A DNA stretch of 56,773 nt, taken from positions 1-56,773 of the IMG/VR virus record IMGVR_UViG_3300025128_000043, one strand, 5' to 3'. Below the pieces are notes generated by a model that made no database searches, was not told the origin of the DNA, and saw only the letters and a list, made by a program, of their open reading frames with translations. The stretch comes from a virus. Its lineage: Duplodnaviria > Caudoviricetes. Within the stretch, counting starts at the first letter, position 1; the number at the start of each line of letters is the position of its first letter. Below, piece after piece: positions 27,072-35,680 of the stretch. Made by a program: the position numbers and the translations under genes.

Positions 27072-27842
27072 TTAAGCTACCTCTTTCCATTCAGGAGTCT
27101 GGTCAGTATCCACCGAACTCCAGTTAGCTGTTTGTGAATTTGATACGGAAGACCAAGAACCGTCCTGAGTTGTTGATACACCAGACCACTCAGGTGTCTG
27201 AGTAGTGCTGATACCGCTCCAGCTTGCTGTCTGATCTGTGTCAACAAGCCCCCATATATTGATACCGGACGTTGTTGCTTCAACGCTGTTTCCGCTTGGC
27301 GTAACCACCGCATCGGAACCAGTGCTGACACTGCCAACGAGTGCCTGAGACTGAGGAGCCGTAACATCAACAACATTAGCGGTTTCAGTGCTAACACTAC
27401 CAACAGATGCAGTAGCACCCGAACCAGTAACGCTGACACCAGCAGCGGCAGAAATACTAACGCTGCCAACATTAGCCGTAGCGGAATTTCCTGATACCGA
27501 AACTCCCGCAGAGGCCGAAGGGGTAACGCTCCCAACGGAGGCTGTAGACGCTGGCGCAGTGACTGATACGTTGGCAATGCCTGTAGCCGTAACAGAGCCA
27601 ACTGAAGCCGTTGCCGAATTGCCGCTTGCGCTGACCGAAGCCGCCGCTGTAACCGTGACAGAGGACGTTGATACAGTGGCTTCATTCCCTGAAGCTGATA
27701 CGCCTGCTTCTGCACTGACTGAAACGGAACCGACTGAGGCTGTTGTGCCTGGCACTGCCTCTTCTGCATCACCCCATGTGCTTTCGCCCCATGCAATGTT
27801 GCTGGAGTTCCATCCCTGCCATGCGACTTTTGCATCTGCCAT
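27072..27842 (-). CDS. Ser/Val/Ala-rich repeat structural protein
   Basis: About 21-aa repeats with TASVGSV; C-terminal QTxxWSxV repeats. Confidence 0.75.
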   Translation of the reverse strand: MADAKVAWQGWNSSNIAWGESTWGDAEEAVPGTTASVGSVSVSAEAGVSASGNEATVSTSSVTVTAAASVSASGNSATASVGSVTATGIANVSVTAPASTASVGSVTPSASAGVSVSGNSATANVGSVSISAAAGVSVTGSGATASVGSVSTETANVVDVTAPQSQALVGSVSTGSDAVVTPSGNSVEATTSGINIWGLVDTDQTASWSGISTTQTPEWSGVSTTQDGSWSSVSNSQTANWSSVDTDQTPEWKEVA

Positions 27843-27854
27843 TCCATTAACCTG

Positions 27855-28328
27855 TTAGGCAATCCTTATAATTGCGTTTGAAGCGTCTGCTGCTGGGAAT
27901 GCAATCGTAAAATCACCAGCCGTACTTGTTTTATCGCCACCAAATGCCAGAACAACCACCGCTCTGTTCGCTGAACCTGCCGTGGTGCTTGAGTTGTAAA
28001 TCAATGCCCCGTTTGCGGTTATCGTGGCTGAACTCCATGTGCTGTCTGCAAAATCTGTCAGTGCTGTCGTTCCAGAGGTTGAAGGATCAACATTCGTTAA
28101 TGTATTTCCTCCCGCAGTGTAGTTCGTGCCGGACACCTCATTTGTGGTCGTATAGGCCGTAGTTGAGGCAGACATCGTGCTACTACTCGTGTACAGAGCA
28201 ATCTTAAAGGTATTACCTGTCCCTGTAGTCGTGGTTGTGCCGCCACCCGATCCGTTATGAAAATTATGAATACCCTGAAGTAATTCACTCTTGAAAGACG
28301 TTGCTACCGCTTGGGTATGGGCCATCAT
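27855..28328 (-). CDS. Conserved virion structural protein
   Basis: SFKSELL..FKIALYTS..YTAGG..ALIYN..FGGDKTST. Confidence 0.75.
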   Translation of the reverse strand: MMAHTQAVATSFKSELLQGIHNFHNGSGGGTTTTTGTGNTFKIALYTSSSTMSASTTAYTTTNEVSGTNYTAGGNTLTNVDPSTSGTTALTDFADSTWSSATITANGALIYNSSTTAGSANRAVVVLAFGGDKTSTAGDFTIAFPAADASNAIIRIA

Positions 28329-28615
28329 AGCCTCCTTAAAATATCCGCCATGTCTTTATGGCCTTGTTGTGTCAAAAGATTGGCAAGCGTTGTTCTGTCG
28401 CTTTGTATTGCGTCATTACAAGCCTTGACAATCACATGGAAAAGTCTTCGCTTAAACGCCTCTGCCTGCTCTCTTACCTCTGGGTTTGCACCCTCGGCAA
28501 TAGAAACCACCTTGGGAATTGCCCTTTCAGCAATTTCTTCTGGGGTAAAACCTCTGTTTTTAGTGGTATGCACCACGCAGGTTCCTGGCTCTACTTGTGC
28601 GCTTATATTTAGCAT
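28325..28615 (-). CDS. Conserved phage protein
   Basis: TTKNRGFTPEEIA..QAEAFK..SDRTT. Confidence 0.72.
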   Translation of the reverse strand: MLNISAQVEPGTCVVHTTKNRGFTPEEIAERAIPKVVSIAEGANPEVREQAEAFKRRLFHVIVKACNDAIQSDRTTLANLLTQQGHKDMADILRRL

Positions 28616-29256
28616 CAGACTCTTTCTTTCCTTACAGCACCGCTACGATAACTGTCCGTTGTACTATAACCTTCGCCCAATGACTTCAACTGCATCAGAG
28701 CATCTTCATATTGCTTCTGGTACGCAGCGAACACATCAGGCTCTCCTTTCATAAAAGTATATCCTTCCACAAGACAGCCATAGAGCAAAGCGGTTTCTGC
28801 GTTATTACCCAGCCAGCTTGTACCGTCTGCTGACGTAGTAATAGACGTAGGTTTATAAAAATAATGCAGTTCTACCGTATAATTGCTGTTAGGTGTCGGC
28901 CCTAAGATAAATGAGGCATCATCAAACATGGCGTAATATTTCGGTGTAGCCGTTGTTGTAGAGACCGGATAAGCCTCTCGGATGAAATTAACGTCCTTGA
29001 AAATAAGAAACTCATAGCCGCTGTTGTCAAGCGCCAGAGAATATGGAGACATAAAGTCCGTAGGCGTTGAAAGATAGGCATTATCGCTAGTCATTGTTCC
29101 CGTGGTGTTCTTTCTAAAATCAGGCAACTGCACCGACTTTAGTATTCTGTTTTCTGCCTGAACGATCATATTGGCAAGATTATTTTCAAAAGTCGTTTCA
29201 GAGTTTTGCAAGTAATCCTTAATCGCGTTTTGAAGCGTTGTATATGTCCAAGCCAT
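28615..29256 (-). CDS. Head-tail adaptor-like protein
   Basis: YTTLQNAI..QAENRI..PKYYA..GPTP..LLYGCLVE. Confidence 0.65.
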   Translation of the reverse strand: MAWTYTTLQNAIKDYLQNSETTFENNLANMIVQAENRILKSVQLPDFRKNTTGTMTSDNAYLSTPTDFMSPYSLALDNSGYEFLIFKDVNFIREAYPVSTTTATPKYYAMFDDASFILGPTPNSNYTVELHYFYKPTSITTSADGTSWLGNNAETALLYGCLVEGYTFMKGEPDVFAAYQKQYEDALMQLKSLGEGYSTTDSYRSGAVRKERV

Positions 29257-29600
29257 TATCCTGTACTCACTGTCACTTTTCCGACCTCAGCCGTAATATC
29301 CAAACCTACCGTTCTGCTGCCCAAGGCGCTGTTACCGCCGCCCACAGGGTCAAAGGCAAAAAGTCTTCTGCTTTCTGCTAGTCCCTGATCGGGCCTTGGG
29401 TCTCTCAATGCCTGTGGATCTGCTGTTTTAAGACGACCCAACTGCAACTGAGGCTGATCTTCATCAACCACATCACGACCCACCAGCAAACCATTGGGCC
29501 TGCCATTTTCTATCTGTGGAACTAAATCCTTCAACGGATACCTGAATCCCGTCCTGTCACAGAACCCGAAAGCCTTTTTACCTGTAGCGTAACTACTCAT
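29256..29600 (-). CDS. Conserved phage protein
   Basis: CDRTGFRY..QPQL..DPQALRDPRPD. Confidence 0.72.
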   Translation of the reverse strand: MSSYATGKKAFGFCDRTGFRYPLKDLVPQIENGRPNGLLVGRDVVDEDQPQLQLGRLKTADPQALRDPRPDQGLAESRRLFAFDPVGGGNSALGSRTVGLDITAEVGKVTVSTG

Positions 29601-30292
29601 ACTCGGCTATACCCCCCAGGAACCATAAAAAACGATGACTTATCTCTGTCGGCATCTGCCGCCAAATCCCACTGCTCATCGTAAATTTGCTTTAATAATG
29701 GCGCTCTGTCAGATGCTTCAGGTCTTTTAACGCTAATGTAATAAGCCAATCCTGCTGCCATGCAAGGCAAAAACCTTGCAGGAATATCAACATTATTGGA
29801 AGCGGGACTCCCTGTATCCTCTACACGCTGAATGTAGTAATAATTAACCTTATAGGTCTGTGCATCATCAGGCACAGGCCATACATTCAAAGCAATAGCA
29901 TCTGGGTCTTTTTCAATCCAATATTGAATCGGACGACCCTGAGTCAGCTTATTGGTCAGATGTGAATACTGACTAATTGAAATGCGGCTCATGGTCAGAT
30001 CACTCTGCTTATCAGCATCGCCATCATCAGTCCTTAACGAAGCCTCAATCACATCTAACTGATCGCCTGCTAAAGCATATCGACCAGTACCTGCTGTAAG
30101 CGTCTGAGAGCCTTCCTGAACCGTCCAGAGGTTTAACCCCTTGTTCTGCCATTCCAGAAACATTAAGTCCAAGCTACGCCTTGCTGTGCGATAGTCGTAA
30201 CCACTACGCAATTCAAGACCAGCCCGCTCATAGGCTTCTTCAAGAATATCGCTCAAGTCCAGATTAAAGGCATAAGTTCCGCTGGTAGCCAT
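29597..30292 (-). CDS. Tail tubular protein A / adaptor-like protein
   Basis: EEAYERAG..ARRSL..GLNLWT..GRP..WPVPD..RFLPC..GLAYY. Confidence 0.65.
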   Translation of the reverse strand: MATSGTYAFNLDLSDILEEAYERAGLELRSGYDYRTARRSLDLMFLEWQNKGLNLWTVQEGSQTLTAGTGRYALAGDQLDVIEASLRTDDGDADKQSDLTMSRISISQYSHLTNKLTQGRPIQYWIEKDPDAIALNVWPVPDDAQTYKVNYYYIQRVEDTGSPASNNVDIPARFLPCMAAGLAYYISVKRPEASDRAPLLKQIYDEQWDLAADADRDKSSFFMVPGGYSRV

Positions 30293-30442
30293 TTACACGC
30301 ATCTCCCTGATTCACGCATTAAGCGCGTTATCATTCTTGGATTTCTTTTTACCCCTTTGGGAAGCGTTAAAATAGTTCTGTTACCTTTAGTAACAGGCCC
30401 ATTTTTTACCTGCTTTCCCATTTGCGCCCGACTAATTGCCAT
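30293..30442 (-). CDS. 49-aa basic micro-protein beginning MAISRAQM (not in ORF track)
   Basis: Hand-translated MAISRAQMGKQVKNGPVTKGNRTILTLPKGVKRNPRMITRLMRESGRCV; TGATG overlap upstream and stop abutting the next ATG. Confidence 0.72.
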   Translation of the reverse strand: MAISRAQMGKQVKNGPVTKGNRTILTLPKGVKRNPRMITRLMRESGRCV

Positions 30443-30756
30443 CAGCGTTTCTTCTTAGCCGTTTTCTTTTTGGCAGTTGCTTTCTTTTTAGGAGCCGCTT
30501 TTTTCTTTGTGGCTACTTTTTTCGGCGCTGCCTTTGGCTCTGGCTCTTTCTTTTCTGGCTCCGGCGCTTTTTTCGGCACGACCTTAACTGGTCGTAACTC
30601 TGCAAGTCTTGCCTTAGCTTCCTTTTGGCTCATTGCATCAAATACAACTACGTCATATTCACCATCAGCATTTTTACTGCCAATCTGGTAAACCGGATCA
30701 CCCATAGTGTCAGGGTGCATGGAAGTACCATTTTGAAAGATTTCTAGCTTTGCCAT
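30442..30756 (-). CDS. Protein with histone-H1-like Lys/Ala/Pro tail
   Basis: PKKVATKKKAAPKKKATAKKKTAKKKR. Confidence 0.78.
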   Translation of the reverse strand: MAKLEIFQNGTSMHPDTMGDPVYQIGSKNADGEYDVVVFDAMSQKEAKARLAELRPVKVVPKKAPEPEKKEPEPKAAPKKVATKKKAAPKKKATAKKKTAKKKR

Positions 30757-30765
30757 GATTCTCTC

Positions 30766-31173
30766 CTACGCATAATTTTTAATCATTTTCAGAGTAACGG
30801 TATAAGCATCACCACTGGAATGTCCTACCGTGGTAAATTGTATATCACCCGTTTTCCCTGAACCTGAATTATTCTTTAAGCTGCCAAAATTGCTGTAGTC
30901 CAAGGTATCTGCGTAATCCGCAGGCAAATGAAGACATAGCACATCCGTTGTCGCATCCCACAAAAGTTTTACACTCATGCCAAATGTCGAGAACGTCACC
31001 GATTCTATGGAAACCCCATCACAAGCAGCCCCTGTCATTGGATCAGCTTCAAGGGCAGAAACATCCACCTTTGTCACCGCAGACTCGCCAGTGCCATCAC
31101 TGACATTGGTAAAGCTCATTACGACATGTCGCGCTCCATCCTGAATGGTTTGACTTGTTACCGTATCAGCCAT
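30766..31173 (-). CDS. Conserved structural protein
   Basis: MADTVTSQTI..FTNVSDGTGESAV.KVDVSAL. Confidence 0.75.
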   Translation of the reverse strand: MADTVTSQTIQDGARHVVMSFTNVSDGTGESAVTKVDVSALEADPMTGAACDGVSIESVTFSTFGMSVKLLWDATTDVLCLHLPADYADTLDYSNFGSLKNNSGSGKTGDIQFTTVGHSSGDAYTVTLKMIKNYA

Positions 31174-31190
31174 TTTCTATCTCCTTAAAT

Positions 31191-31220
31191 AGTCAGATGG
31201 AGCCGAAGCTCCATCCAACT
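31191..31220 (-). terminator. Stable C(UUCG)G hairpin; terminator or stabiliser
   Basis: Minus strand agttggatggagc-TTCG-gctccatctgact; weak U tract. Confidence 0.6.
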
Positions 31221-31229
31221 AACAATTAA

Positions 31230-31787
31230 CTACTCAAACGGTGTAGCCAATGTGCCGTCACCATGCAAGAAAGCCTCGCAATGCCAAACCGCCGCACTGG
31301 TTGCCACTAAGCGAATCACGCCACCCACAAGCCAGCCCTGTGCTGCTGAACCCAAATCAATGGTGTCATCATCACTGGCATCAGGAATGAAGGTGTTGTT
31401 ATCGGTAGCCGTTGCCGGATCAAAGATCGTAGCAAAACCAGAGAACAAGTCACTGGCATTGTCCGTATTGATCTTCCCTGCGCCTGAGAAGGTTGTTCCA
31501 ACGATAAACGTGTAGTTCAGACCAGCCGCTGCCGTAGGTAACGTAACCACGATACCTGCGGCTCGGTTTAGAGTGTAAACCGTACCCGAATCGGTGGACT
31601 CAACGCTGTGAGTAGCAGACGTAATGCTGCTGACGTTGGCATAAGAGGAAACATAGCCCGTTGTGGTGATATTACCGCTGCTGTCAATATCCAGATTGGT
31701 GGTAATAGCGCCTGTTCCAGCCGTCTTGCTGATTTGTTCAAATCCGCCTTCAGACCGAACTGGGCCGTTAAAAGTTGTATTAGCCAT
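31230..31787 (-). CDS. Putative head decoration/fibre protein
   Basis: MANTTFNGPVRS; VTLPTAAAG; follows the capsid gene. Confidence 0.65.
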   Translation of the reverse strand: MANTTFNGPVRSEGGFEQISKTAGTGAITTNLDIDSSGNITTTGYVSSYANVSSITSATHSVESTDSGTVYTLNRAAGIVVTLPTAAAGLNYTFIVGTTFSGAGKINTDNASDLFSGFATIFDPATATDNNTFIPDASDDDTIDLGSAAQGWLVGGVIRLVATSAAVWHCEAFLHGDGTLATPFE

Positions 31788-31794
31788 TTCTTTC

Positions 31795-31837
31795 TCCTGT
31801 CGTGGCTAGTGTCAGACACGCCATGTGTCTGTCAGGA
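31795..31837 (-). ncRNA. Structured RNA element downstream of the gpT-like capsid gene (candidate Mu-gpT-DE motif)
   Basis: tcctg..cagga outer stem enclosing cagacac-atggc-gtgtctg; location fits the described motif. Confidence 0.5.
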
Positions 31838-31906
31838 AAAAGGAAAGCGACCTGCTAATTGATTAACAGGCATTTTGTTATGTTAATAAAACAAGTCGCC
31901 TTCCCT
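31838..31906 (-). terminator. Long hairpin with U tract after the capsid gene
   Basis: agggaaggcgacttgt...gcaggtcgctttcct then tttt on the minus strand. Confidence 0.6.
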
Positions 31907-31912
31907 CATTAC

Positions 31913-32848
31913 TTACGCTCCTGGCGAACCGTAAATTCCAAGTGGGTCGCTTACCCCGAAAGAGTAACGCTCACGCGCTTTGTAGCGCACGTTACCCGTA
32001 TCGAAGTCACCGTCCATTGAAGTTTCCAGTGCGGTACGCTCGAAGTGTCTCAAGCCATTTGGCACATCAGTAATGATGTAGAAGGAATCTGAGTCAGTCA
32101 GATAATGATTGACCGAATATCCTTCTGGAACGATACCCATGCTGCGTACAGCATTGATGTCGTTATCCGCCGTTCCGACTCTTTGATCTGACTCAAGAAG
32201 CCGTGTGGCAATAAACATTCCAGCAGGTGGAACTAACAAACGTCTTGGTCTAGCTGCGATTAGAAGTCCACGCTCATCTGTGAGAGCCGCAATCGTTACA
32301 ATCGCTGCCTCTAGTGAGGTTTCGTTCAAATCAGCCGCTGTCGCAGGACGATTATCGTTCTTACCGCCGTCCACCCGTGGGTGTCCGTCACCGCCAGTTA
32401 CACCATCACCAGATGCAGTAAAGAGGTTAACCCCATCACCTGTCTGGTAAGAATTAGTGAAACCGTTGTTTAGCGGGTTCGCTGCTTTTACCTGCTTGGT
32501 GTAAGCCATTGCACGAGCAAGAGCTTTGGTATAACGAGCCGATAAAGAATCATATAAATTATCTTCCATCGCCTCTTCTGTTATCGCAAAACCCATTGCA
32601 ATCGTTTCATGGTTATACCTTGCAGTGTACGCTTCCTGTGCAGAATCGTAAGAAATTGCATTTCCTTCGTCCTTAACAGGAGCCGCACCAAAGCCGCTCA
32701 GTTTCACCTCTTCCTCGAATGAACGCTCTGACGAGGCCGTATCATAAATAACGGCATGTTCATCCTCGTACTTTTCATACTCCAAGCCAAATAAGGCATT
32801 AAGCCCTGGCAGGAGTTCTTTAAGCATTTGTGCTCTTGAAATAGCCAT
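31913..32848 (-). CDS. Major capsid protein (Mu gpT-like, HK97 fold)
   Basis: MAISRAQMLKELLPGLNALFGLEY..SERSFEEEV..DFDTGNVRYKARERYSFG; position after scaffold. Confidence 0.9.
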   Translation of the reverse strand: MAISRAQMLKELLPGLNALFGLEYEKYEDEHAVIYDTASSERSFEEEVKLSGFGAAPVKDEGNAISYDSAQEAYTARYNHETIAMGFAITEEAMEDNLYDSLSARYTKALARAMAYTKQVKAANPLNNGFTNSYQTGDGVNLFTASGDGVTGGDGHPRVDGGKNDNRPATAADLNETSLEAAIVTIAALTDERGLLIAARPRRLLVPPAGMFIATRLLESDQRVGTADNDINAVRSMGIVPEGYSVNHYLTDSDSFYIITDVPNGLRHFERTALETSMDGDFDTGNVRYKARERYSFGVSDPLGIYGSPGA

Positions 32849-32860
32849 GCTAGTTCTCCT

Positions 32861-33439
32861 TTATATGCCTGTAGTATTGATTAGCTGATGACCCGCGTTG
32901 AAACGGAAGATACCATCAGTGTAGGAATCGCCAACCGAACTGGAAGGGCCATCGTAAAAATCGACAATCCTAATCGGTAGCGTGTTAGTTGTTGCAACTG
33001 TAGACGCATCACAAGCATTTTTGCTTCGACCAATCGTGGTTGAACCCGCTGTTTGAACAACAGCAAAGTTTGCACCAAGACCAGTTTGAGCAATAGCCGC
33101 ATCACCTTGCATCCTGAACAATACGTCAGGATCAATCAAAACATAAGCCGCTATATCGGAAGCCGCTGTATCGGCTGGAAATGTTTGATTAAAGGTCATT
33201 TGACTTGTGCTTGGGTCTGTGTACTTACAGCCCAGAAAAATACCTATAGGGGTCAAAGAAGTTGTGCCAGTGTCTTTTTCAACCGTTCCGGCAGTCACCA
33301 ATTTAACAAAATCCCCATAGAATATAGCGGTGTTATAAGCCGAAGCAATCTTGATATGAACAACTTTTCCTGTAAAGGAACCGCTGCTCGAACAAGTGCC
33401 AATAGGCTCTGCACCATTTGGAGTGGCAGATGTAGCCAT
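32861..33439 (-). CDS. Putative minor capsid/decoration protein
   Basis: IFYGD.VKL..GIFLGCKYTDP..DPDVLF; precedes the capsid gene. Confidence 0.6.
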   Translation of the reverse strand: MATSATPNGAEPIGTCSSSGSFTGKVVHIKIASAYNTAIFYGDFVKLVTAGTVEKDTGTTSLTPIGIFLGCKYTDPSTSQMTFNQTFPADTAASDIAAYVLIDPDVLFRMQGDAAIAQTGLGANFAVVQTAGSTTIGRSKNACDASTVATTNTLPIRIVDFYDGPSSSVGDSYTDGIFRFNAGHQLINTTGI

Positions 33440-33494
33440 CTAAGTTTCTCCTAGATTCTATTAAACACAAAAGACTACATCTTAAAAAAAGATG

Positions 33495-33950
33495 TCAGCC
33501 TTTCCCAAAGGTTGTGCGCGTACTTTTCTCCGGTCTCAACAAGGGCATACGCGGATCATTCTCTCTCATGTAGTTGTTGTCCACGGACTCCATCTGTTTT
33601 TCTGCCAAATCTTGAAAATGTGCATTTCGGGCATCCATTTTTTCTTTTGGAGCCTTGCATAATAACAAGCCGCCGACCTCAAGATTCCCCTTAAACTGGG
33701 AATTGATGTCAGACTGGATATGAAGCTCTGGATGTTCTTCTGCCTTAACAGGTGTCCATCCATCTCTAAACTTCTGGGATACATTCGGGTTATCCGATTG
33801 ACCCATAACACTGGTTCTAACCCAGCGAAAAACCCAGCCATCCTGCGGATCAGGCGTTGGCAAAATCGAAGAAGGAACCCAAGAATCATTACTTTCTCGG
33901 ACATCTTCTGCACGACTATCGTGAGACCTTGGGGTGCGCTCATCAGCCAT
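33495..33950 (-). CDS. Conserved head-module protein
   Basis: FRWVR..GWTPVKAEEHPE..VGGLLLCK. Confidence 0.72.
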   Translation of the reverse strand: MADERTPRSHDSRAEDVRESNDSWVPSSILPTPDPQDGWVFRWVRTSVMGQSDNPNVSQKFRDGWTPVKAEEHPELHIQSDINSQFKGNLEVGGLLLCKAPKEKMDARNAHFQDLAEKQMESVDNNYMRENDPRMPLLRPEKSTRTTFGKG

Positions 33951-35001
33951 TTTTCATCTCCTTAACGAGTTGTTTGGCGTACTGCTCATTGGTTAACCCA
34001 AGTCGTTTAGCGAGAGCGACTTGAGTGGACGTTAACTGCACTTTGCGTGGTTTAGCTCCATTGTTCCTTGCGGAAGGAGCAACCACGGACGAGGGTTGGC
34101 TGTTTGTCGCAGGCGCGGCTTGTCCATTACCGCTAACATCTTCCGATGTATTGTCCTCCCAGCCATAATCATTAAATCGGCCCCTCATGCCTTGATCTAT
34201 GTAAGTAAAATACTGATCTGAATTGGGCGATAGCCCATTATCCTTTATGGCTTCTTCATGGAGAGCATAAGCATACGCTGTCATGCCCTTATGTTCTTCA
34301 TCACCAAACCAAGGATTTTTTTCTCCCCATTCCTTTGCTTTCGGTTCCGGCTCAGGAATTGTCGGGGCAACAGGCTGTTGATAGGTAGATTGTACCTGCC
34401 TTTGATAAGCGGCCTGTTGTTCCGGTGTTGGCTGGGGTGGCAGATTATTTTCATAACGCTGCGCTTCATTCAGTTCAGCCTGAGCGCGAATCATCTCTTC
34501 CTGAGAAGAAACAATCGCATCCGTATTTCCTTCCTCGTAAGCCTTTCTATATTCAGCTTTGGCCTTATCTGCTGCCAACTCCGCCTTTTCTTTAATCTGC
34601 GATACCAGCACGTTCTCGCCACGATTAATCAAAGACTCGTATTCTTTGTTCTTCGCGGAAAGCTGCTGATTCTGCTGATTAAGCGTTTGAGCGGCCTTAA
34701 CCGCTTCATCTGCAAGACGCTCTGCCTCTCTTCGTTTGTAAGTGGCTTTGTCCAAACGCTTTCTGACACTGGCACTGTATTGATCCAGTTCTTCATCGCC
34801 TGTTGGTTCTTCTGCCGCTTTCTTGGAAGGTGGCTTATCGTCTATAATTTCCAAATCCAGATCGGACTGCTCAGTAGCGGTTTTCTCCTGATCGGACTTC
34901 TTGGCAATTTGCGTCTTAACACCGAAGAACTTGTCCTCGGCTGACGTTGGTGCAGCGATAGACTCTGCCTGGTCTATACTGGTTTCTGTTGCTTCACTCA
35001 T
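33943..35001 (-). CDS. Scaffolding protein
   Basis: Acidic coiled coil; KNPWFG; C-terminal LTSTQVALAKRLGLTNEQYAKQ. Confidence 0.72.
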   Translation of the reverse strand: MSEATETSIDQAESIAAPTSAEDKFFGVKTQIAKKSDQEKTATEQSDLDLEIIDDKPPSKKAAEEPTGDEELDQYSASVRKRLDKATYKRREAERLADEAVKAAQTLNQQNQQLSAKNKEYESLINRGENVLVSQIKEKAELAADKAKAEYRKAYEEGNTDAIVSSQEEMIRAQAELNEAQRYENNLPPQPTPEQQAAYQRQVQSTYQQPVAPTIPEPEPKAKEWGEKNPWFGDEEHKGMTAYAYALHEEAIKDNGLSPNSDQYFTYIDQGMRGRFNDYGWEDNTSEDVSGNGQAAPATNSQPSSVVAPSARNNGAKPRKVQLTSTQVALAKRLGLTNEQYAKQLVKEMKNG

Positions 35002-35417
35002 ACCTTTACGATACCCCGTGGGTCTTCGACCACAGCTTCTACGCTGTCGTCATTGATTAAACGGAACTCTTTCCCATGAACCGTGAATCTTGTTCCTGTG
35101 TAGGAGCGCATCACAATCCAATCCCCTTTTTTGCAAAACGGGCCTGTGGGAAAACGATCTTTATTACCATAAGCATCCGGCCCCATGTCCAAGACGAAAC
35201 CGACAATACTGCCGACTTCTTCATTGTGCATCGTTTCTCTAGCTTTAATAATACCGCCATCCGTTTTCTCATCAGGTTCTGGTAGAGCAATCAGTATCTT
35301 ATAGCCCTGTGGCTCTGGCATCTGACTGGCTTTGCGAGTCTCTGATTCATCAAGCTGAATTTCTTCAACCTTTTCCTCAGCCTCGTTTACTTCTGCTGTT
35401 GCTAATGATCTTGCCAT
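34998..35417 (-). CDS. GroES-like co-chaperonin
   Basis: PQGYKILI..EKTDGGII..MGPDAY..GDW..YTGT..RLINDDSVEAVV; start moved to ATG behind AGGAAG. Confidence 0.82.
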   Translation of the reverse strand: MARSLATAEVNEAEEKVEEIQLDESETRKASQMPEPQGYKILIALPEPDEKTDGGIIKARETMHNEEVGSIVGFVLDMGPDAYGNKDRFPTGPFCKKGDWIVMRSYTGTRFTVHGKEFRLINDDSVEAVVEDPRGIVKV

Positions 35418-35481
35418 TAGTTGTCTTCCTTGCACTGGAAATGGGTGTCCAGAGTCACCTGCGTTGCCTTATACAACGATG

Positions 35482-35664
35482 TTATGCTTCCTCAATCCTC
35501 TTTTTAAGATCGAGCAATTCTCTTTCCGCTGTCGCCAGTCCTTCTATTACTCCGCAACAACGAGTATATTCATCAAAACTCTTACAACCCCCCGTACTTA
35601 CATGGTCGCTCATCTCATTCATCATTTCTCTAAACTTATCTCTTAAAAAGTCCAGTTCGTCCAT
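35482..35664 (-). CDS. Small conserved protein after portal
   Basis: Helical; EY..CGVIEGL. Confidence 0.68.
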   Translation of the reverse strand: MDELDFLRDKFREMMNEMSDHVSTGGCKSFDEYTRCCGVIEGLATAERELLDLKKRIEEA

Positions 35665-35680
35665 GTATCTTCACATCACC

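Noticed and set aside
27077-27862. Alternative-frame 261-aa ORF (also 35755-36339)
   Set aside because: Frame shadows of well-supported genes; L/Q/R-rich composition typical of off-frame reading
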